From a virus (lineage: Duplodnaviria; Caudoviricetes), in the IMG/VR virus record IMGVR_UViG_3300032212_000052, positions 1-40,702 of that record: a DNA stretch of 40,702 bases; one strand, written 5' to 3'. Below, one piece after another: positions 6,856 through 14,740 of this stretch (its first letter is position 1; the number at the start of each line of letters is the position of its first letter). Below the pieces are notes generated by a model, which searched no databases, was not told the DNA's origin, and saw only the letters and a program-made list of their open reading frames with translations. A program made the position numbers and the translations under genes.

Positions 6856-7242
6856 CGTGATGCTTCCACATCTCCAGAAGATGGAACGGAGTTTCAAGGC
6901 TGGATAATTGCTGAGGATGGCGCTGGATTCTGGGAGCCGCGCTGCAAACTTGACGAAGACGGAACGCTTGGAATATACGGGCGTGTTGATTATGACAAAG
7001 ATGGCTGGGACTTTGGGCTATGGCATTTAAGAATTACACACTGGATGCCTCAACCAAGTGAGCCAGACATGATAGACATGATGAGCGAAGACGCATTGCG
7101 CTATGAACTGCGGGGCGTGATCACAGAAGTTGATAGTCTTAGAAAGGCTTTTGAACACACGCATGTTAATAATGGTGAAGATGACGCTTGCGCTGAGTGT
7201 GGGCTGGATATTAGAAACCCTGTACACAGGCGAGTCTTATAA
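6835..7242 (+). CDS. Cassette B2 DUF551-like protein with C-terminal Zn-binding extension
   Basis: GAGGA SD and ATG 6835 lie inside the attC; ITHWMPQPSEP is the DUF551 signature; CAECG..H tail. Confidence 0.7.
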   Translation: MLNDLLWRDASTSPEDGTEFQGWIIAEDGAGFWEPRCKLDEDGTLGIYGRVDYDKDGWDFGLWHLRITHWMPQPSEPDMIDMMSEDALRYELRGVITEVDSLRKAFEHTHVNNGEDDACAECGLDIRNPVHRRVL

Positions 7243-7292
7243 CAGCCAAGCTAACCAGCCGCGCAGCGGTCTGAATTATCGACCTGTTATAT
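7237..7292 (-). repeat. Array-terminal attC-like site, copy 2
   Basis: ATAACAGCCAAGCTAACCAGC...GTCTGAATTATCGACCTGTTATA shares both arms with 3906-3964. Confidence 0.75.
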
Positions 7293-7312
7293 AATAAATA
7301 GAGAGGGTAAAA

Positions 7313-8476
7313 ATGAATAATCAAGAATTAGTTATAGCAACACAAAATATTGATAAATCAGTTACTGATGCAGCCGCACAGTTTGTATCTACTATTTCAC
7401 AGTACAAGTGGGAGTTAGTACCTGACTCACAATTAGCGGCCGCTAAACAGACCCTAATGAAAAATGACTATATTATGGGTATTGCGTCTAGCAGCCCAGA
7501 ATCAGTACAAGAAGCTTTAGTTCAGGCCGCTATTCTTGGCCTTGATTTAACAGAAGGAAAGCGGCAGGGCTGGTTGTTACCGCGTAAAAACCAATTTAAA
7601 AAGACGGTTATCCAATTACAAGTAGGTTATAAAGGTGTAGAGGCCATTCATCAAAGAATGGGTGTTATTGACCGCTTAGTTATTCGTACAGTGCGCGAAA
7701 ATGACGAGTTTGAATGGTCTGGAGACGATCAAGAAAAGCCAATGCATAAAGCAGATTGGTTCGCTAGCAATGAAAGTCGAGGAGCAATATCAGGTGGTTA
7801 TGCAATTACCTATTATCCTGATAAATCCATAAATGTGGTTGTTGCACCTATCACCACTATTTTTGAAAAGCACCGTGACCGATCAGAGTCTTACAAGTCA
7901 TATAAGGCTAAAGTGGATAAGGGTGAGTGGGCTTATGAACCACCTTGGGTATCTGATGAGCAATCAATGGTCGAGAAAACAATGGCCTATATCGCAGCTA
8001 AACAATGGCCTGCTAATATTCGTAATGAGGACAGAGCATCAAAAATACTTGAAACCTTGCACGAAACAGACGTAGCAGATTATACATACGGTTACACTCA
8101 GGAACAGAAAGAATATTTTTATAAATTTATAGACGAAAACGATCCATTAGGCATGTATTTGTTTAGCAAACATGTATTAACAGAAGTTTATATTGCTTTG
8201 TATCAGGGGCTAATTGCGTCCATTCCAAGAGGCGGCAAAGGTAAGCGGAGAGAAGAACACGAAAAATTTATGCAGCAGGGAGATGATATATTTCATAATA
8301 TTATAACCGCAATTTCTTCTCATGACGTAGGTTTATTGACTGAGAGCGTAGAAGGTATATTAGTCATAACTGAAAAATTATTGCTTAAAAAGTTAGACGA
8401 AAAAGACCAAGATGAATACAAATCAATGATGAAAGATTCTGAAGCAATAGAAACAGGCTTAGATGAAAAAGTGTAA
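7313..8476 (+). CDS. recT: RecT/Redbeta-family ssDNA annealing protein with long C-terminal extension
   Basis: AAILGLDL..GWLLPR..QLQVGYKG..VRENDEF..PW...MVEKT motifs. Confidence 0.88.
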   Translation: MNNQELVIATQNIDKSVTDAAAQFVSTISQYKWELVPDSQLAAAKQTLMKNDYIMGIASSSPESVQEALVQAAILGLDLTEGKRQGWLLPRKNQFKKTVIQLQVGYKGVEAIHQRMGVIDRLVIRTVRENDEFEWSGDDQEKPMHKADWFASNESRGAISGGYAITYYPDKSINVVVAPITTIFEKHRDRSESYKSYKAKVDKGEWAYEPPWVSDEQSMVEKTMAYIAAKQWPANIRNEDRASKILETLHETDVADYTYGYTQEQKEYFYKFIDENDPLGMYLFSKHVLTEVYIALYQGLIASIPRGGKGKRREEHEKFMQQGDDIFHNIITAISSHDVGLLTESVEGILVITEKLLLKKLDEKDQDEYKSMMKDSEAIETGLDEKV

Positions 8477-8678
8477 GGATACAGAGTCAGTCAAAGGCTG
8501 CGGAGATATTAAACCTGATACCGAATTTAGGATTATTCGCACCAATAAAACAACAGGAAAAGCATATAGAGAAAGGTTATGCAATGAGTGCAGAAAAAAG
8601 AGCCGGAGAACAAAAAAGAAAGGTATTCCAGTAGATGAAGCGAATCTTTATAATAAGTTTAATCAGCTTATGGGATAA
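8463..8678 (+). CDS. Zinc-finger hypothetical protein
   Basis: KKC..GCG..K...EF...LCNECRK. Confidence 0.65.
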   Translation: MKKCKDTESVKGCGDIKPDTEFRIIRTNKTTGKAYRERLCNECRKKSRRTKKKGIPVDEANLYNKFNQLMG

Positions 8679-8696
8679 AATTATAGGAGCAAAACA

Positions 8697-8795
8697 ATGA
8701 ACCAACACGAAGAAATAGCCAATAAGTCATTAAAGCAAGGCTTTATAGCTGGGTTTATATGCTGCGCCCTATTAGTGTGGATTTTTATTTTATAA
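8697..8795 (+). CDS. 32-aa membrane peptide (not in ORF track)
   Basis: AGGAG SD; MNQHEEIANKSLKQGFIAGFICCALLVWIFIL; stop in TTATAA|C. Confidence 0.6.
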   Translation: MNQHEEIANKSLKQGFIAGFICCALLVWIFIL

Positions 8796-8822
8796 CGCAA
8801 CTATTGAAGAGAATTGTTATGC
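8790..8822 (-). repeat. Internally deleted attC site C1 (33 bp)
   Basis: TTATAAC GCAACT ATTGAAGA GAATT GTTATGC: both R boxes and spacers kept, central stem lost. Confidence 0.7.
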
Positions 8823-9022
8823 AGTTACAAGATATTGAAGACGCATGGAACAAACAAGCAGATGAATACAACCAATGGTTCGATCTTGGTTCAGATGAAA
8901 AAGTGGAATTCACTATTAAGTATGTTCGTGAGGTAAGCGCGGAAATCTGTCGCGAAACTGGAAAGTACAGCGATTGCATTGATATGGCGCTAAGGTGTGC
9001 CGATGCTATTGTTGATGCATAA
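8819..9022 (+). CDS. Cassette C1 hypothetical protein
   Basis: Probable ATG lies within GTTATGC; ends TGCATAA|C, complementary to GTTATGCA. Confidence 0.7.
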   Translation: MQLQDIEDAWNKQADEYNQWFDLGSDEKVEFTIKYVREVSAEICRETGKYSDCIDMALRCADAIVDA

Positions 9023-9088
9023 CGGCGCTGCTCAGTTGTTGCGACTGAGCGCAGCGAAAGAGCAATCAACTGGGACAACTTGTTATAA
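9017..9088 (-). repeat. attC site C2
   Basis: + strand GCATAAC GGCGCT GCTCAGTTG...CAACTG-G-GAC AACTT GTTATAA. Confidence 0.8.
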
Positions 9089-9103
9089 ACAAACGGAGAT
9101 ATT

Positions 9104-9307
9104 ATGCAAAACGAATTAATGAAGTACGACCCCGCATATGGTTATGAACGACCTTACCCATCACATGCTGAACAATGGCGAAGGTATCACGGCAAGACCG
9201 CATGGATTTTTAACCCGTGGACTGGCGCAAGACGAAACCCTAGTGCTATAGGTAGCGATACTTTTGGTAATGCGATTGTTGATAGTAAGCCGAGTACGGG
9301 GCTATAA
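9104..9307 (+). CDS. Cassette C2 hypothetical phage protein
   Basis: GGAG SD; Trp/Pro-rich YPSHAEQWR..AWIFNPWTG; stop in CTATAA|C. Confidence 0.8.
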   Translation: MQNELMKYDPAYGYERPYPSHAEQWRRYHGKTAWIFNPWTGARRNPSAIGSDTFGNAIVDSKPSTGL

Positions 9308-9360
9308 CAGTCAAGCTAAACAGCAAGCGTAGCGAAGTCTGTTTTAGCGACCTATTATAA
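9302..9360 (-). repeat. Array-terminal attC-like site, copy 3
   Basis: ATAACAGTCAAGCTAAACAGCAAGCGTAGCGAAGTCTGTTTTAGCGACCTATTATAAATGAGG; GTT changed to ATT at 9354. Confidence 0.8.
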
Positions 9361-9372
9361 ATGAGGTGAATT

Positions 9373-9672
9373 ATGACAACTAAAGAAACAAACGACGAAA
9401 TATACGAAAGGTTTGATTTTAAAATCGCGCTGTCTGAGAAGATAGATTTTAATATTGAGCTCGTTGGTAAGTATGCAAAAGCTGCAAAAGAAGCAGAAGA
9501 CGAACAAACAAGAAAAGAATGCAAGCGTATGGCAAGGAGAGGACGCAAGATTCTATCGACACAAAGAACAGAAAGACTAAAGCTATCATCTAGGGAGATA
9601 GCCAAGCAGCTAGGCTTAGATTTTTACAGGGTGAAATATTTATACCGTGAATATGTGGGCGGCGGACTTTAA
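9373..9672 (+). CDS. Putative HTH protein
   Basis: C-terminal LSSREIAKQLGL; GAGGTG SD. Confidence 0.65.
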   Translation: MTTKETNDEIYERFDFKIALSEKIDFNIELVGKYAKAAKEAEDEQTRKECKRMARRGRKILSTQRTERLKLSSREIAKQLGLDFYRVKYLYREYVGGGL

Positions 9673-9690
9673 AAAATAGGAAGAATTATT

Positions 9691-9966
9691 ATGAGTAAAG
9701 AATATGGAATAACGCCAGAACAGTACCACGCTGCGTGTAAAAAGTTATGGGATGCGCTAGATAATAAGGAAGATGGTGTAAATGATGTGTTTACTCTTTG
9801 CGCTAATAAAATCGAACAACTACAAGAAGTAATAAATATGTGTGACGAAACACTAAGTGATGATTTTAATTTAGAAAACGAAGATTTACCTCTTTATTCT
9901 GAGCAAGCCGTTAATCGGGTTCATCGTGAGCTGTCCGGACACGCGTGCTGGCAAAGTAAGGAATAA
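9691..9966 (+). CDS. Hypothetical protein
   Basis: AGGA SD; operon position. Confidence 0.7.
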   Translation: MSKEYGITPEQYHAACKKLWDALDNKEDGVNDVFTLCANKIEQLQEVINMCDETLSDDFNLENEDLPLYSEQAVNRVHRELSGHACWQSKE

Positions 9967-9968
9967 GC

Positions 9969-10307
9969 GTGAAGATTGACGTTAAACCGTTATCTATGAA
10001 TATGGCATACCGAGGTGGAAAAAGGTACAAAACGCCACGTTATAAGCAGTTTATTAATGATTGCTTGGTTAATTTAAAACCAATGAAAATACCTGATGGG
10101 AACTTAGAATTTCACATTCAAATCGGGGTTAGCAGCAAGGGTTTTGATTTAGATAATTGCTTAAAACCGTTTATTGATGTTTTACAAAAGAAATACGGGT
10201 TTAATGATAACCGCATTTATCATATCGGCGCATACAAGAGAATTGTGCCAAAAGGAAAAGAATATATAAGTTTTGATATATTTGAGGCGATAGAAAATGA
10301 CTGTTAA
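9969..10307 (+). CDS. rusA: RusA-family Holliday junction resolvase
   Basis: PLSMN..Y; DLDNCLKPFIDVLQ..FND catalytic motif. Confidence 0.85.
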   Translation: MKIDVKPLSMNMAYRGGKRYKTPRYKQFINDCLVNLKPMKIPDGNLEFHIQIGVSSKGFDLDNCLKPFIDVLQKKYGFNDNRIYHIGAYKRIVPKGKEYISFDIFEAIENDC

Positions 10308-10746
10308 ATGTACCAGCAAAACCAGCTACCGCAAAACAAAAGAAAGCGGCCAAGAGTCTACGCAAGCTGAGAAGATATTTAATATAATCGACTTAGGCGG
10401 CAAGCTAACAATGCAGCAGATATTGTCGATTTATCGCGGTAAGTGGGGAGATATTGAATACACATCAATTTCTGCTCGATGCAAATACTTAAAAGGTGAT
10501 GACGAGCTAGGAATACCCGCTAGAATTTTTGAAGTAGGTACAGGAAAGTGCCCGATTTCTGGAAAAACCGTTAACCTTTTATCGTCAACAAAAGAAAAAG
10601 GGTTTGGCGAATATCAAGCGTGGGTAGAGGGTGGTAAAACCAAAAAAGAACAGCTAGCCCGATTCGCAAAAGTACCCGACCATATGAAAAAGCGCGTCCA
10701 GTCTCACATGAAAACGGTTATTGCTTTAAAAGGGCTTAATAAATGA
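10297..10746 (+). CDS. Winged-helix-like hypothetical protein
   Basis: LTMQQI...SISARCKYL...KCPISGKTV pattern. Confidence 0.6.
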   Translation: MTVKCTSKTSYRKTKESGQESTQAEKIFNIIDLGGKLTMQQILSIYRGKWGDIEYTSISARCKYLKGDDELGIPARIFEVGTGKCPISGKTVNLLSSTKEKGFGEYQAWVEGGKTKKEQLARFAKVPDHMKKRVQSHMKTVIALKGLNK

Positions 10747-11075
10747 GCAACTTCATAACAGATAGCGAAATAGAAAAGGCGCTAAATTATCTTAGGGATA
10801 CATCAGAGAATTACGCCAAATGGAAGGGGCGCATGAAATACCTTGAGAGCCACAGAAAGAGCGTAAGAAGCTCGGAGGTTTTAAGGGCAACAGGTAAGAC
10901 AATAAGTGAGAATGTCCACAGAGGCGAAGCGTCCGAGGCTTACAAGGATATTTTAAAGGAGTATGAAGAAGCGGTTTACGAATACACGCTATTGGACGCA
11001 ATGAGAGCAGCAGCAGAGGCCAAGATTGAAGCATGGCGAACTCTGAGCGCAAGCTATAGAAAAGGAAATGTATAA
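10743..11075 (+). CDS. Helical protein, UvsY-like recombination mediator family (tentative)
   Basis: All-helical with AEAKIEAWRT C-terminus, typical of phage UvsY-like proteins. Confidence 0.5.
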   Translation: MSNFITDSEIEKALNYLRDTSENYAKWKGRMKYLESHRKSVRSSEVLRATGKTISENVHRGEASEAYKDILKEYEEAVYEYTLLDAMRAAAEAKIEAWRTLSASYRKGNV

Positions 11076-11370
11076 CGAAGCAATGGACAAACCACGAGCA
11101 AGCAAAATGTCATTAATAGAGCGCATAAAAAAGCAATCAAAGTTATTTATAGATGCTAACGTATGGGATGGAGAGGATAGAAGTGGGTGTAATAATGACT
11201 GGGTAAAGCATAGTCCTGATGATTTACAAGAGTTAGTTGACGACTTAATTGAGCATGTATTAATAAAAGAACTTGAAGCGCGGGATAAGATTCTAGACGA
11301 TATAGATTCAAGAATAGGCGAGGGCTGGACAGAAGGCTTAGCCAAGGCATTAATTAAGGCGGGTGAATAG
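11068..11370 (+). CDS. Hypothetical protein
   Basis: ORF in operon; start uncertain. Confidence 0.65.
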   Translation: MYNEAMDKPRASKMSLIERIKKQSKLFIDANVWDGEDRSGCNNDWVKHSPDDLQELVDDLIEHVLIKELEARDKILDDIDSRIGEGWTEGLAKALIKAGE

Positions 11371-11740
11371 TGATATGGGCAGCATTCGCTCTTTGGTATA
11401 AATAAATGAAAGAGTTTAAATGTGCAAAATGCACAAAGTATAAAAAAATAGAATCATTAGCCTATACTTATACAAGCAAACAAGGCAAGAGAAGGGTGTG
11501 CACAGCATGTGAGGAAGCGATAAGAGAGGCTGTAAAGAGATTAAAGGGCTAAACCCTCCAACAGCTTGCCGGTAGCTGTGCCCAGAAAACCGGCATTAAT
11601 TTAGGAGGTATAATTATGAATGCAAAAGTAATAAGCCTTACAAAGTACAAAGTAAATAAATTACTAAAAAATAGACCGAATCTAAGCGAAAAGGCCATAG
11701 ACAGGATTTTAGAGGTAATACGGAAGAAAGATAAGGCAAA

Positions 11741-11989
11741 ATGAACTTTGATAAAATGCTAAAACTGTATCAAGAAGACCCAAAACAGTTTGAGGCTGAA
11801 TCTGAGCGCCTGCAGCAAGAGAACATCAAAGATATGTGTAATGGGGACGAAAGGTGCGAATGGCGCTTAAATGGGCTGTTATTCCGTATAAACAAAGAAG
11901 CCAGCGAGTATATTAACCCAGTAGCAAGATTAAATTTCGTTATTTCACGATTCTATACATTTATAAGAGATAATTATGGAAACAAATAA
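11741..11989 (+). CDS. DUF3135-like protein
   Basis: FDKMLKLYQEDPKQFE...RLNGLLFRIN...NP..RL pattern. Confidence 0.65.
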   Translation: MNFDKMLKLYQEDPKQFEAESERLQQENIKDMCNGDERCEWRLNGLLFRINKEASEYINPVARLNFVISRFYTFIRDNYGNK

Positions 11990-12072
11990 ATACTTCTATC
12001 AGATAGTTAGGCAAGTTTACTGCACCAGAGCAAAACGCCAGAAAATAGACGTATATGCCTGATGCTTAATCC

Positions 12073-12252
12073 TTACTTGTTGTTGCAGCTTATAGAAGTA
12101 GCCTTAGCGGTGGCTTTTAGAGAGATATTTTTACAGTTTGAAAAAGCATCATGATCTAAAAGCGATTCAGGGTCATGTTTAGGTTTTAATGTACAGCCAG
12201 TAGATATAAGCAAGAGCATAATTAAAACGAATGTTAGTATTAAATATTTCAT
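12073..12252 (-). CDS. 59-aa predicted lipoprotein (not in ORF track)
   Basis: GGAGG SD; MKYLILTFVLIMLLLISTG-C lipobox. Confidence 0.65.
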   Translation of the reverse strand: MKYLILTFVLIMLLLISTGCTLKPKHDPESLLDHDAFSNCKNISLKATAKATSISCNNK

Positions 12253-12840
12253 TGTAAATCCTCCGGTGTTATATGTTCCGCATCAGTGAAGATGTCTTGA
12301 ATAAACGCCTCAAGGTCATCATCTGACAGCGTTTCGAGTAATGTTTCAGGTATTCCATACTCGACTAAAAAAGCAATTTTCTGTTCCCTTTTCATTTGCT
12401 TGCCTCCTTGTTACCTGTTAAACTAAAGAAAGTGTTATGGTGCATCACATTTTCTTTCAGCTTATCCCTATTTATAAAAATGATCTGACAACAACATCAT
12501 CATAAGAAGGCTTACAACCTGTGGCGAACCAATAAACAGTAGCATTTCCTGTTAGTTTATAAAATTCATCCCAGTTCATTTATTTAGCTCCTCATAGATA
12601 ACGATAGCGGCAGATATAAAAGCATCATCTTGAAAGCTCACAGGTTCTAAATCCGCCCACGTTAAACCCTCCTTCATAGAGTAGCCCTTCTTTCGTAATA
12701 GTGCGTTAATTGTAATTACATATTGTTCTAGCATGGTTCACCTCAAAGTTAATACAAGTAATATACAGACCAAAAGGCCAACGATAGGCGAGATAGTAAA
12801 CGCCCAGATTATTAGTGCTAATATGATTAGAAAGCCCATA

Positions 12841-13119
12841 TCAGTTTAAATCTGCCAAGATATACTCACCTGAATCAATCTTAGCTTGTGTTTCTTTCTT
12901 GGTCTCACCCAAGAACTGGTTACGGTATTTTCCCGTAGTGACTGAGTAATCCCATTTATTACGATCAAGCGTAATACTTGAGCCATTGCTGGGCTTAAAG
13001 GCAATAACAGAGCTGTACGATTGAAAAAACTTACCTTCTTGGCCGTAGTGTTCGCCCTGCACAATAAATTGATTGGCTACCTTGTTTCCACCGTTTGTTG
13101 TCATGTTTTCTACTTTCAT
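12841..13119 (-). CDS. Conserved phage early hypothetical protein
   Basis: VANQF..FQSY.S.IA..WDYSVTTGKYRNQFL family pattern; AAGGGG SD. Confidence 0.8.
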   Translation of the reverse strand: MKVENMTTNGGNKVANQFIVQGEHYGQEGKFFQSYSSVIAFKPSNGSSITLDRNKWDYSVTTGKYRNQFLGETKKETQAKIDSGEYILADLN

Positions 13120-13121
13120 TT

Positions 13122-13304
13122 TTATTCCCCTTGATCATCTTCAACATCTTGCGCCATTACATCATATTGCTCATCGGTAAAAAGAAACAACTCATTTACG
13201 GCCTGATGTAACGCTAAAAAGTTTGCCCTTAATGTATACAAATACTCATCATTAAAAACCAATAAAGATAATTCTTGATCGCTGTAGTCTCTTAAATCTT
13301 GCAT
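13122..13304 (-). CDS. Acidic hypothetical protein
   Basis: AGGAG SD; part of a leftward small-gene operon. Confidence 0.75.
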   Translation of the reverse strand: MQDLRDYSDQELSLLVFNDEYLYTLRANFLALHQAVNELFLFTDEQYDVMAQDVEDDQGE

Positions 13305-13698
13305 TTTTAGTTCTCCTAACGTGAAATTATGTTAAAATTAATACCAGCCTAAAAGTTCTTTTTGTCTTTTAGTGCCGTTTTTATCTCTCGATAACCTGAC
13401 AATCATGTTATTTACTCCTGTTTCGTTATTTGATGTTGTAACTATAGTTAAACTTTTAAAGTATAGCCAATTTAATGTTTTTATAAGGCGCATAAGTTTT
13501 GTTTATGGCTAATTTGTGCTATTCTTTAGAGTATGAGCAAGGTATATACAGGTGACAGGCCATTCAGTGATCACGTACAGGACTTGGTGAACCTGTACGG
13601 TATGAATCCAGAAGCAGTGAATAAACGCACAAGGCAAAAGAAAGAGCCAGATAGAAAACAATCTATACAAATAAGAAAGCTAAAGAGAGAAGCAGGCA

Positions 13699-14151
13699 TT
13701 GAATAAACAACAACAAAAATGGTTTAATTATTTCCTTGAATCAGGCGACTCAGTAAAAGCTGTAGAAGTTGCATATCCCGATGTTAGTAAAGCAAATAGG
13801 AGCTCTAAAGCCTGTAATCTGCGTAAACGATTTGCTCTAGAGATTGATAAAGCAAGTCGAGAAACTTACGGACAACATGCACCTACAATGCTGAATGTTA
13901 TCAAAACCATAGCCTTGGACTGCGACCAGCCAGCCGTCAAACTCAAAGCAGCTAGTGAATGGCTAACCAGAGCAGGACATGACGCAGCTCAAGTAGTCGA
14001 ACTCAAAGAGACCGCAACACATGAACAGCTACTAGAAAGACTCAAGATAGCTATGACAGGACTACCTCAAGAAGTGATTAATGCTGCTTTACCTAAAGAG
14101 CTACTTAATCAACTATCCACCGAAGAACCTCAGAATGAAACAACTCATTAA
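13699..14151 (+). CDS. terS: Terminase small subunit (putative)
   Basis: N-terminal NKQQQKWF..Y..G...KAV..AY HTH; VKLKAASEWLTRAG; first gene of the late region. Confidence 0.7.
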   Translation: MNKQQQKWFNYFLESGDSVKAVEVAYPDVSKANRSSKACNLRKRFALEIDKASRETYGQHAPTMLNVIKTIALDCDQPAVKLKAASEWLTRAGHDAAQVVELKETATHEQLLERLKIAMTGLPQEVINAALPKELLNQLSTEEPQNETTH

Positions 14152-14740
14152 CTACAGTAAAACAATCTCATTCACGTACAAGCAGCTGGATACACTTGAT
14201 AGTATTATTAAGTTGTCTTACGGGTTAAAAAAGGAACGCTAGAAAGTCTTTATCTAAAATACTAAACAAACAAAACTATCGTTGATTGTCTAGTCTTCAC
14301 CCTCTCCTCCCTCTCTCAAATAAAACCATAGAACGCAATTATTCACTGCAATAGCTAATTAACCGCATAACTAAGCCATTACACTTCATGTAAGCGACTA
14401 CTAACACGAACGGGATAATGCTTATTATGTTAAATTAGTACCCACTAACCTCTTGTTTTACCTGTATTCCTGCTGTCTTGCATCATTGGGTTATCGTTTA
14501 AGCTGCGCGTGTGAGCGTATGAGAGACGTTCTAGCTTGATGAATGGCATTGCATAGGTACAGTCATTTAAATGGCTTAGAGAGCGTTACAGCATGATGAA
14601 GTGTTTGTGGGGTATATAGTCGCGCTGTGAGGATCGACACCCCCCCTGCGGTATTGCATGATGTGTCTATACCACTCAATAATATCCCAAGAAAATAATA
14701 ATCCCGTAATGTGTTTATGCCCATATACACAGCGTAATAT

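Larger units (their letters stand above)
6457..7292. mobile_element. Gene-cassette array B (cassettes 6463-6785 and 6786-7242)
   Basis: Degenerate first site 6457-6571, intact attC 6780-6855, terminal site 7237-7292. Confidence 0.75.
8790..9360. mobile_element. Gene-cassette array C (cassettes 8796-9022 and 9023-9307)
   Basis: Collapsed site 8790-8822, attC 9017-9088, terminal site 9302-9360. Confidence 0.8.

Noticed and set aside
11070-11130. GTATAAC at the stop of ORF 10743-11075 as an attC
   Set aside because: No matching L boxes or GTT downstream; it lies within an overlapping ORF.
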